Source of the DNA: an uncultured Pelagibacteraceae bacterium
Lineage (GTDB): Bacteria > Pseudomonadota > Alphaproteobacteria > Pelagibacterales > Pelagibacteraceae
Length of the DNA stretch: 64,000 nt
Assembly: GCA_902629215.1 (NCBI GenBank)
Contig: CACOQC010000002.1
Coordinates: forward strand, 14,009-78,008
Reading direction: 5' to 3'
The position numbers and the translations under genes were made by a program. Of the stretch, positions 31,417 to 40,265 are shown in pieces. The notes beneath the pieces were generated by a model that was not told the origin of the DNA, made no database searches, and saw only the letters and a program-made list of their open reading frames with translations. Position 1 is the stretch's first letter. Each line of letters opens with the position of its first letter.

Positions 31417-33957
31417 ATGATCACAAGGCCAATTATTATCTGTTTGGTATTTCTTGTTGCGTTAACTTCGTGTACTCGAAGTCCTAAAGAAATAACTTTT
31501 CAAGAAACCAAAGATAGAGTTGAACAGGATATTGTTAAAATAGAAAAAATTAAAAAAGACAATGCCTCTTGGGAAGATAATATTCAGATAGATTTATACA
31601 CTGCAATTGCGCTCGCAATTAAAAATAATAAAGAATTAAAAATCAAACAATTAGAAACTGGAATAGCAAACAGACAAATTGATAAAGTAAAATTTGAAAT
31701 GTTGCCTGCATTAGCTGCGAACGCTGGATATTCAGGAAGTGAAAGATATACAGCAAGCGCAAGTGCAACTGTTCCAGGCAATGATTTAGCGGGATCTATA
31801 GGTACTTCCTATTCTACCTCTAGAGAAAGAGATGTAAATAATCAAGACATAGGATTTACATGGAACGCTTTAGATTTTGGATTATCATTTATTAGAGCTG
31901 GTCAAGAGTCTAATAGATATTTGATAACTGAAGAAATGGAAAGAAAAGCAGAGCACAATATTGTTAGAGACGTAATAAGAGCTTATTGGAATACTATTTC
32001 AGCAGACAAACTAATTAAAAAATACGATCCATTATTAATTGAAGTTGATAAAGCTTTAAATGACTCACAAAAAATTGAAGAATTACTTTTAACAAAACCA
32101 ATGGATGCTTTATTATACCAAAAAGAATTATTAGATATACAAAGAGCACTTCAATCTCAAAGAGAGATGTTTATCGATGCAAGAATTCAACTTGCAGGAT
32201 TAATGGGGTTGCTACCTAATCAAAAATTTAATGTAGTTGAAACAGATGAACCCCTGACAATTTTAAATATGGATTTAGAAGGTATGGAAAAATTTGCTTT
32301 ATATAACAGACCCGAATTAATTGTAAGTCATTATGATGAAAAAATATCCATACAAGAAGCAAAGGCTACGATGACTTCACTTTTACCAGGTCTTAATTTT
32401 AATGCAGCTTGGACACATTCTTCAAATGATCATTTAATGAATAAAACAAATCTTGAATATGGTTCAACAATGGGTGCAAATTTATTAAATGTTTTTATGT
32501 ATCCTAGAATTAAAAGTATGAATGAAACAAATACTGAGGTAATAAGAGAAAAAAGATTAGCATTATCAATGGCGGTTCTATCTCAAGTTCATTTAGCTAA
32601 TATAGATTACTCATTAGCTTTAGAAGAGTATGATACTGCAGAAAGATATTATCAAGTTTCAAGAAAAATAACTGAACAAATAAAGAATGCTCAAAAAATT
32701 GCAAGATTTGGGAATTTAGAATTAATAAGAGAACAGGCAAGTTTGTTAGTTGCAGAATTAAGATATGATATTGCATATTCTAAATTACAACATGCTATAG
32801 GAAAAATTTATACTTCAGTTGGTGTTGATATAACTAAAGAGACTGTAAGAAATATTAATTTTAAAGATTATGCCAACATCATTAAAAATAATTTTAAAAC
32901 AAGTGGAAAGAAATATTACGCAAAAATAAAAAAACCTATCAAGAATCAGAATCCTATAGCAAAAAAAAATGAAGGCAATAGTAGCAGCCAATTTACTTTT
33001 TCTGAAAAAACTTTTGAACTCGAGGGAGAAGGAAGAGTTATTTATGATGCATTATTAAGTAATAACAAACCACTTCCAACATGGATTACCTTTTTACCAT
33101 CACAAAAAACATTTCTTATAAATAATAATGAAAAAGATAATACTGAAGAGCTTAAAATAAAGGTCATTGCAAAAAATATTAACACACGTGTTGAAGATAC
33201 CTTTACTTTATTAGTAGATCCTGAATTAAGAGCAACAAGACTAGAGAATGAAAAAAGGCTGGAAGAACAAAGAAAATTAGCAAAAAAGAGGAAAAAAGAG
33301 GAAATTCAAAGACTTAAAGAGGAAAAAATCCTCCAAGAAAAAAAAGCTAAAGAAGAAGCTTTATTATTAGCCAAACAGCGAGAAGAGGAGGAAATAAGAA
33401 TACAACAAGAAAAAATTTTACTTGAAGAAAAAAACAAAGAAGAACTTTTAGCTAAACAAAAAGCTGAAGAATTAGAAATTATAAAACAAAAGGAAAAAGA
33501 AGAGCTGATAGCCAAACAAAAAGCCGAGCAATTAAGAATTATCCAACAAAAAAAAGAGGAAGAGTTACTTGCTAAGAAAGAACTTGAAGAATTTAAGATG
33601 AAGCAAGCTGAGAATATGAAAGTCTTAATAGCTCAAAGAACTCAGCTAGCAAATTTACCAGGCAATATGGATATACCAAATTTTATAAACTATTCAGATG
33701 ATAATAAATTAAATTTAGATTTAGATTTAATTAAAGAATTAAAGACAATTGAGGCAAAAATAAACGACATAATGTTAAATCTTGATTTAGAAGGTAGAAT
33801 GGAAATTGCCAAGAGTGTCATGGAAGATATTTTTAAATCAGAAACGAATGATACTATTAATATAAATTCTACAAAATATAAATCTCTGAATTACCAAATT
33901 AATAACCAAAGATTAATGCTTGAAAAGTTATTAAATCATTCAGAAAAATATAATTAA
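31417..33957 (+). CDS. TolC-family outer membrane channel with long C-terminal extension
   Basis: Lipobox LTSC, AIALAIKNNKEL, FTWNALDFGLS, OEP-type helical repeats; about 350 extra residues after the channel domain. Confidence 0.88.
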   Translation: MITRPIIICLVFLVALTSCTRSPKEITFQETKDRVEQDIVKIEKIKKDNASWEDNIQIDLYTAIALAIKNNKELKIKQLETGIANRQIDKVKFEMLPALAANAGYSGSERYTASASATVPGNDLAGSIGTSYSTSRERDVNNQDIGFTWNALDFGLSFIRAGQESNRYLITEEMERKAEHNIVRDVIRAYWNTISADKLIKKYDPLLIEVDKALNDSQKIEELLLTKPMDALLYQKELLDIQRALQSQREMFIDARIQLAGLMGLLPNQKFNVVETDEPLTILNMDLEGMEKFALYNRPELIVSHYDEKISIQEAKATMTSLLPGLNFNAAWTHSSNDHLMNKTNLEYGSTMGANLLNVFMYPRIKSMNETNTEVIREKRLALSMAVLSQVHLANIDYSLALEEYDTAERYYQVSRKITEQIKNAQKIARFGNLELIREQASLLVAELRYDIAYSKLQHAIGKIYTSVGVDITKETVRNINFKDYANIIKNNFKTSGKKYYAKIKKPIKNQNPIAKKNEGNSSSQFTFSEKTFELEGEGRVIYDALLSNNKPLPTWITFLPSQKTFLINNNEKDNTEELKIKVIAKNINTRVEDTFTLLVDPELRATRLENEKRLEEQRKLAKKRKKEEIQRLKEEKILQEKKAKEEALLLAKQREEEEIRIQQEKILLEEKNKEELLAKQKAEELEIIKQKEKEELIAKQKAEQLRIIQQKKEEELLAKKELEEFKMKQAENMKVLIAQRTQLANLPGNMDIPNFINYSDDNKLNLDLDLIKELKTIEAKINDIMLNLDLEGRMEIAKSVMEDIFKSETNDTININSTKYKSLNYQINNQRLMLEKLLNHSEKYN

Positions 33958-33959
33958 AT

Positions 33960-34115
33960 ATGAAAAAGAAGATCAAAAAAGCACTTCATGTTGAAAGAAA
34001 GCTTGAACTTAAATCAAATTCAAAAAAAATATCAGGAAATATTTTTTCAAAAAAAAAAATTATAAAAGTCAAATCCGGACAAAAGATTCAAGGTAAGATT
34101 GAATTAAAACCCTAG
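33960..34115 (+). CDS. Small basic hypothetical protein (51 aa)
   Basis: Manual ORF, ATG 2 bp after the TolC stop: MKKKIKKALHVERKLELKSNSKKISGNIFSKKKIIKVKSGQKIQGKIELKP. Confidence 0.5.
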   Translation: MKKKIKKALHVERKLELKSNSKKISGNIFSKKKIIKVKSGQKIQGKIELKP

Positions 34116-34125
34116 GTAGTTAACA

Positions 34126-35409
34126 TTAATTATATAAATAAAAATTTACCCCAATCATAACTCTATCTTTTTTTCCTCCATAAACAGCTGAGTGTTTACG
34201 ACTTGATGGTATAATCATGATCATGCCATTTGATGGCAACACATCTTCATCAGGCTCATAAATTTTAAAAATTCCTGGTTCATCACAATTTTGATCTCCA
34301 ACTGAAAGATAATAAGTTAGACTAAATTTTTGTTGATCTAGTTTAAAGGTTTTATCAAAACTATTTAGGTGATGATGTGGAACAGATCCTCCACCTGCAC
34401 CTAAAATATTAAAAAATGAATCAATTAGTAAAACATTTGAATTAGTTTCTTTATTAATAATATCAATTAATTCTTTTTTAAGATTAATTAAAATGGGATT
34501 ATTATTATTTTCTAATAAATTATAATCAGAAGTTTTGCCATTTCCAAATAAAGGTCCTCCCTTAGTTTTATTAAGTTCCGTTGAATTAATTTCATATAAT
34601 AAATCAATAAGAGCACTGTCAGGCTCTTTGTGAGTGATAAAAGGAATTTTATTAAATTTTTTTAATAAATCAGAACTATTAAATGTTTTGTCTTTACTTA
34701 TACTAAGCTCATTTAAAATTTTAATTTGGTTTAATAAAATTTGTAAATTTTGATTAGCATAAATTGAATTTGGCTCCAATTTTAATGCTTCTTCAAAAGA
34801 AACTTTTGCATCATTTAAATCACCTAATTCTTGTTGAACTAATCCTAAATTTTGATGAGCAAAAGCATAATTAGGATTTAATTTGATTGATTTTGATAAA
34901 ATCATTTTAGATTCATTTAATTTATCTAAATCTCTATGTTTTAAATCATCACTTAGCCTTCCTCTATCAAACAAAATTAATCCTAATAAAACATTTACTT
35001 CAAGAAAATCCGGATTTAATTTTTGAGCTATTCGTAGATTATCTTCTGCTTCTTTAAGCTTTCTAAGTTCTCTTTGTGCTCTAGCTAAATTAATATAAGC
35101 CTCTAAAAAATTAGCTTTTAATGAAGTTGCATTCTGATAACAAATTTCACTTTCATCAAATTTATTTAACTTATATTTTGTATTTCCTAATTGATAATGA
35201 GCAAGAACAAAGTCTGATTTTAATGAAATTGCTTTAGAAAGACTTGTTTCAGCAGCTTCTAATTTATTTTGTATTTTTAAAACTAGACCTAAATTAAAAT
35301 GTATCTCTGCCACATCATTGGTCTTTAATATCTCTTTATAAATAAGAATAGCTTCATCATATTTTTTATTTTTTAATGCTTCATTGGCTTCTAATAATTT
35401 TTTTTCCAT
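34126..35409 (-). CDS. TPR-repeat protein with putative 2OG-Fe(II) oxygenase C-terminal domain
   Basis: TPR units (AHYQLGN, AYINLAR, AHQNLGL); C-terminal PHHH...LTYYL...HSAV...DRVMIGVNF. Confidence 0.8.
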   Translation of the reverse strand: MEKKLLEANEALKNKKYDEAILIYKEILKTNDVAEIHFNLGLVLKIQNKLEAAETSLSKAISLKSDFVLAHYQLGNTKYKLNKFDESEICYQNATSLKANFLEAYINLARAQRELRKLKEAEDNLRIAQKLNPDFLEVNVLLGLILFDRGRLSDDLKHRDLDKLNESKMILSKSIKLNPNYAFAHQNLGLVQQELGDLNDAKVSFEEALKLEPNSIYANQNLQILLNQIKILNELSISKDKTFNSSDLLKKFNKIPFITHKEPDSALIDLLYEINSTELNKTKGGPLFGNGKTSDYNLLENNNNPILINLKKELIDIINKETNSNVLLIDSFFNILGAGGGSVPHHHLNSFDKTFKLDQQKFSLTYYLSVGDQNCDEPGIFKIYEPDEDVLPSNGMIMIIPSSRKHSAVYGGKKDRVMIGVNFYLYN

Positions 35410-35411
35410 AA

Positions 35412-36716
35412 TTAAATTTCAGTTCTAGCTATTAATCTCTCATAAAATAATCTTATGTAAATACCTAAGCTTAATATAGGTTTGATGGGCAATTTATTTG
35501 GTTTTTTTCTTTCCTCGATAATTCTTATTTCATTAGTATCCTGATTAGTTGCCATTAGAGCTATTTGTTCTCCAAATAATGTACCTGCACCGATACCTGA
35601 GCCAAAATAACTTCCGGCAACAAAAACTCTTTCATTTAATTTTTCAAAAATTTGTGAACCATTGCTACTTCTTGAAACAACACCTGACCAGCTTGATGAA
35701 ATAATATCATTTGGCAGTGATGGAAAACGTTTTTTTAACCCAGTTTTATGAATTAAAATTCTATTATCTAATGTTTTTTGATCCATAAAATTAGGATTTC
35801 GATATTCACTAGTATTTCTTATTAAAATTCTTCTATCCTTTGTTAATCTTACCGTTGCACCCATAGGTCTAACAGGGAGTACTCCCCATTCTTTTGGTTT
35901 TCCAATTCCCTCATATTCTTTCTCTGTTAATTTTCTTGTAAGGCTGGCTGTAAGAGTTAAAGGAAAGTTAAATTTTTTTTTTACACCCATCGATCTCAAA
36001 AAAGCATTAGAACAAAAAATAATTTTATTTGAAATAATCTTATAACGATTTACATTTGACTCTATCTTGTTGTTAATTAGTTTCCATGAATTAAGATAAG
36101 AATTTTCAAATAATTCAACACTTTTAGGAAGAACGTCTATCATTGCTCTCACGAGTTTTGCTGGATGCAACAAAACTCCTCCTTTAGTATAAATTCCAGT
36201 TTTATAAAATTTGGTCCCTAGTCTTTTCTCTAGTTGAGTTTCATCAAGTATCTCATTTTTAAAATTTAGTTTATCTAATAATTTTTTAAATTTTTCTAAT
36301 TTTTTAGAATCTTTACTTAATGAAGATGCAAAATACTTTCCTGCTTCATTCCAATCACAATCAACTTGATAGTCTTTAATAAATTTTTTTACAGTATTAA
36401 TACCAAGATCATAAATATTAATTTTTTTTTGATAAGCATCTATGTCTCTTTTAAAGCTATAGCTATCATTTAAGGTGGTATCCACTAAATAACCTGAATT
36501 TCTACCGCTTGCTCCCTCACCAGCTAATTGAGCATCAATGATAATAATCTTATAGTTTGAATTTATTTTTGATAATTGTCTCGCTGCAGATAAACCAGTA
36601 TAGCCAGCTCCAATAATCAAAAAATCGCATTTTTCATCCTTATTAATAGATTTAATATTTATTCTTTTTGGTAAATCGTTTATCCACCCACAAGTTTTGT
36701 CATTTATTAAATTCAT
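35412..36716 (-). CDS. FAD-dependent oxidoreductase, DAO/PuuB-like family
   Basis: IIGAGYTGLSAA, GASGRNSG, LHPAKLV. Confidence 0.88.
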   Translation of the reverse strand: MNLINDKTCGWINDLPKRINIKSINKDEKCDFLIIGAGYTGLSAARQLSKINSNYKIIIIDAQLAGEGASGRNSGYLVDTTLNDSYSFKRDIDAYQKKINIYDLGINTVKKFIKDYQVDCDWNEAGKYFASSLSKDSKKLEKFKKLLDKLNFKNEILDETQLEKRLGTKFYKTGIYTKGGVLLHPAKLVRAMIDVLPKSVELFENSYLNSWKLINNKIESNVNRYKIISNKIIFCSNAFLRSMGVKKKFNFPLTLTASLTRKLTEKEYEGIGKPKEWGVLPVRPMGATVRLTKDRRILIRNTSEYRNPNFMDQKTLDNRILIHKTGLKKRFPSLPNDIISSSWSGVVSRSSNGSQIFEKLNERVFVAGSYFGSGIGAGTLFGEQIALMATNQDTNEIRIIEERKKPNKLPIKPILSLGIYIRLFYERLIARTEI

Positions 36717-36775
36717 TTGATTTATTTATTAATACATAAATAAGAATTATAGTAAAATTTATATACTTAAATAAA

Positions 36776-37897
36776 ATGAAAAAAATCAAATTTATAATAA
36801 TAATTTTAATTTTTGATTTAATAATTTCTAATCTATTATTTAAAAATCTACCTTACTGGAATGTTATTGAGTGGGAAAAAAAGTATTGGAGAATTTCGTC
36901 AGAAGTTTATCATCATGGAATTTTACCTAACATAGATAAATATGAAAAATGGGGTGGGCAATTAACTAAAAGAATAATTACTAATTCAATTGGATTTATT
37001 GACAAAAAGAATAGAGCAGTCTTAAAAAATAATCCAGAAAAAAAGAGAATTTTATTAATAGGAGACTCTTTTATTGAAGGGTCAGGTCTAAACTATAAAG
37101 ATACTTTAGCAGGATTGTTAGATACACACCTAGGTAATAACTATGAGATTTTGAACAGTGCAGTTGGTTCATATTCTCCAAGTATTTATTTTAAAAAAAC
37201 AGAATATTTTATTGATCAAGGTTATTCTTTTGATCAAGCTATTATATTTTTAGATGTTTCAGATATTTTTGATGAATTATTTATTAAATTTAACAAAGAT
37301 GGAAACATTTTAACTTATGAAGAGAGAAAAAATCGAGGAAAATTAAAAACTAATTTTTACGCATTTGGAAGATTTTTGCGTGATAATACAGTTACATTTA
37401 GATTTCTAAATTTACTTTCTGATAAAACTGAAATTTCAAAAAATTACATAAAATTAAAATCAAAAACTGCTAAAAATTTAAATAAAAATTTTTTTGAAAC
37501 TAATAGAGATGATGTCATGTTTTATAGAATGACGCATATTGATAGAGGATTTTGGACTTTTAATGATAAAAAATTTTCTGAGATAAAAGATGGATTACAA
37601 CAATCTGAAAAATATTTAGAAAAATTGTTTAATCTATTAGAGAGAAATAATATATCTTCTACTCTAGTCGTGTATCCGTGGCCAACTCAAATCATATATG
37701 GAGATAATTATCATGAAAAATACTGGAAAAATTTTTCTCAATCTAGAAATATTAATTTTTTAAGTATGTATGATTACTTTAAATCTGATGATAATAAAAA
37801 ATTTGTTTTAGATAACTTTTTATATGGAGATATACATTGGAATAAAAAAGGTACACAAATAATATTTGAAAACGTTATTAAAAATATTGAATTTTAG
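36776..37897 (+). CDS. SGNH/GDSL hydrolase-like membrane-anchored protein
   Basis: IGDSFIEG, NSAVGSYS, GDIHWNKKG. Confidence 0.8.
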   Translation: MKKIKFIIIILIFDLIISNLLFKNLPYWNVIEWEKKYWRISSEVYHHGILPNIDKYEKWGGQLTKRIITNSIGFIDKKNRAVLKNNPEKKRILLIGDSFIEGSGLNYKDTLAGLLDTHLGNNYEILNSAVGSYSPSIYFKKTEYFIDQGYSFDQAIIFLDVSDIFDELFIKFNKDGNILTYEERKNRGKLKTNFYAFGRFLRDNTVTFRFLNLLSDKTEISKNYIKLKSKTAKNLNKNFFETNRDDVMFYRMTHIDRGFWTFNDKKFSEIKDGLQQSEKYLEKLFNLLERNNISSTLVVYPWPTQIIYGDNYHEKYWKNFSQSRNINFLSMYDYFKSDDNKKFVLDNFLYGDIHWNKKGTQIIFENVIKNIEF

Positions 37898-39729
37898 TCT
37901 AATTCAAATTGTTGTGTATAATCTTTTTTTAATTTTGGATCTTGTTTTTTTTTATTTAAAATACAATCACCGATGACTAAATAATCTAATTCTGTTCCCA
38001 TAAAACAATTAAAGGCATCAGTTGGTGTATTAACAATTGGCTCCCCTCTCACATTAAATGAAGTATTAACTATTACTGGACAGCCAGTTTTTTCTTTAAA
38101 CTTTGAAATTAAATCATAATAACGTCTATTAGTATCTCTTGTAACAGTTTGAATTCTTGCTGAATAGTCAACGTGAGTTACTGCAGGAATTTCAGATCTT
38201 TTAATGTTTAACTTGTCTATACCGAAAAGTTTTTTTTGTTCATCTGTCATTTCAATTTTTTTATCAGAATTAATATTTGCAACTAATAACATGTAAGGAC
38301 TATCAACGTTCATATCAAACCATTTTGACAAGTCTTCTCTTAAAACTGATGGTGCAAAAGGTCTAAAACTTTCTCTATATTTAACTTTTAAATTTAAATT
38401 TTTTTGCATTTTATCAGATCTTGGGTCACCTAAAATAGATCTACCTCCTAAGGCTCTCGGACCAAATTCCATTCTACCTTGGAACCAACCAATTGCTTTT
38501 TCATTTGATAAGAGTTCTGCGCTTTGATCAATAAGTTCTTCATATTTTAAAATTTCAAAATTAGCTCCAATATTTTTCAATTCATTTTCTATTTCATCTT
38601 GATTAAAATCAGTTCCTAGATAAGAACCTTTCATATCATCTTTTAAATTGACTGTTCTTTTATTTCCTTGATCAGTATACCAAAGTGCTAATGCTGCACC
38701 TAATGAACCACCTGCATCTCCAGCTGCTGGTTGTATCCAAATATTATCAAAAATTTTCTTTTCTAAAATTTTTCCGTTTGCAACACAATTCAATGCAACT
38801 CCTCCAGCTAAACATAGATTATTGATACCATATTCTTTTCGAATAGATTTAGCCAAATCAATCATAATTTCCTCTGTTACTTTTTGAATGGAAGCAGCTA
38901 TGTCCATATGAAATTGAGTTATCTTATCATTTTTTGGATCACGAGGTTTTTGACCAAATAAATCATTGAATTTTTTATTTGTCATCGTTAGTCCTGTGGC
39001 ATAATTAAAATATCTTTGATCCAATCTGAAGGTTCCATCATCCTTAATATCAATTAATTTTTTTATTTTATCTTCATAAATTGGATTTCCATAAGGTGCT
39101 AAACCCATTAATTTATATTCACCACTATTTACTTTAAAACCAGTAAAATAAGTAAATGCTGAATAAAGTAATCCAAGAGAGTGTGGGAAATGAATTTCTT
39201 TTTTAATTTCTAAATTATTATTTTTTCCAACTGCAACAGTAGTTGTTGCCCATTCTCCTACTCCATCAGCTGTTAAAATAACAGCTTCCTCAAAAGGTGA
39301 TGGAAAAAAAGCACTCGCTGCATGACTTAAATGATGATCTGAAAAATAAATATTTTGATCAGATTTATAACTTTTGTCATGTTCCTTAAGCTTGTTGAAT
39401 AAAAAATTTTTTTGGAAAAGTTTTTCTTTAATCCATAAAGGCATAGCTTTAGCAAAAGAAACAAAACCTCTCGGTGCAAAAGCAACATAGGTTTCTAACA
39501 ACCTCTCAAATTTAAGAAAAGGTTTTTCAAAAAAAACAATCTGATCTACTTCACTTAGTTTTAATTTTGCAAACTTTAAAACAAATTCAATTGCATTATG
39601 AGGATAATTTGGATCATGTTTTTTTCTAGTAAATCTTTCCTCTTGAGCAGCAGCAATTATCTTACCATTTTTTAAAATACAGGCTGCACTATCATGATAA
39701 AATGCAGAAATACCTAATATTGAAGTCAC
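37894..39729 (-). CDS. Carbamoyltransferase (NodU/CmcH/SxtI family)
   Basis: HDSAA, AQEERFTRKKH, HHLSHAASA, EFGPRALG, NTSFN. Confidence 0.96.
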   Translation of the reverse strand: MTSILGISAFYHDSAACILKNGKIIAAAQEERFTRKKHDPNYPHNAIEFVLKFAKLKLSEVDQIVFFEKPFLKFERLLETYVAFAPRGFVSFAKAMPLWIKEKLFQKNFLFNKLKEHDKSYKSDQNIYFSDHHLSHAASAFFPSPFEEAVILTADGVGEWATTTVAVGKNNNLEIKKEIHFPHSLGLLYSAFTYFTGFKVNSGEYKLMGLAPYGNPIYEDKIKKLIDIKDDGTFRLDQRYFNYATGLTMTNKKFNDLFGQKPRDPKNDKITQFHMDIAASIQKVTEEIMIDLAKSIRKEYGINNLCLAGGVALNCVANGKILEKKIFDNIWIQPAAGDAGGSLGAALALWYTDQGNKRTVNLKDDMKGSYLGTDFNQDEIENELKNIGANFEILKYEELIDQSAELLSNEKAIGWFQGRMEFGPRALGGRSILGDPRSDKMQKNLNLKVKYRESFRPFAPSVLREDLSKWFDMNVDSPYMLLVANINSDKKIEMTDEQKKLFGIDKLNIKRSEIPAVTHVDYSARIQTVTRDTNRRYYDLISKFKEKTGCPVIVNTSFNVRGEPIVNTPTDAFNCFMGTELDYLVIGDCILNKKKQDPKLKKDYTQQFELD

Positions 39730-39730
39730 T

Positions 39731-39880
39731 TTAAAAAATAGTGTAAATAAATGGAGCTACTGCTGAACCTTGCGTTAAAACAATCAATCCACCAAATAAA
39801 ACAAGAACTATTATTATTGGTAAAAGCCAATATTTTTTTCTTACTTTTAAAAATTCCCAAAATTCTTTTATAAAACTCAT
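39731..39880 (-). CDS. SxtK-like (DUF5989) small membrane protein
   Basis: Manual ORF MSFIKEFWEFLKVRKKYWLLPIIIVLVLFGGLIVLTQGSAVAPFIYTIF. Confidence 0.9.
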   Translation of the reverse strand: MSFIKEFWEFLKVRKKYWLLPIIIVLVLFGGLIVLTQGSAVAPFIYTIF

Positions 39881-39881
39881 A

Positions 39882-40265
39882 CTAAAATTGATTTTTCATT
39901 TTACTTTTTGGACCGGTTTTTTCAATCCAATAAGACTTATTTTCATTAAATTTTAAATTTAACACATCTTTACCTAAAATCCTCATTATAAAACCTGTTG
40001 GTGTTACAACTAAAAAAAATATTATTCCCATAATAATCGGAGAAACTATTTTTCCTAAAAGAATTCCAAATTTGAACCAAAGTTTATTTAAAGGGTTGAG
40101 TATTCTAGAATTAATTAATCCTAAAATTAAAAAAATTAAAGATATTATAAGAGACCATATTCTTATCTCTTCATTATGGATTAAAGGGTATAAAGCTATT
40201 AAAAAAAATACTACAAAAAAAACAATTCCAAAACTTCTATTAGAACTTATCTTTATATCATCCAT
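39882..40265 (-). CDS. SxtJ family membrane protein
   Basis: SNRSFG, LNPLNKLWFKFGILLG, VVTPTG, SYWI, MKNQF. Confidence 0.9.
   Translation of the reverse strand: MDDIKISSNRSFGIVFFVVFFLIALYPLIHNEEIRIWSLIISLIFLILGLINSRILNPLNKLWFKFGILLGKIVSPIIMGIIFFLVVTPTGFIMRILGKDVLNLKFNENKSYWIEKTGPKSKMKNQF

Noticed and set aside
37894-40265. Saxitoxin biosynthesis
   Set aside because: Only sxtI/J/K-like families are present; no sxtA, sxtG or other core genes
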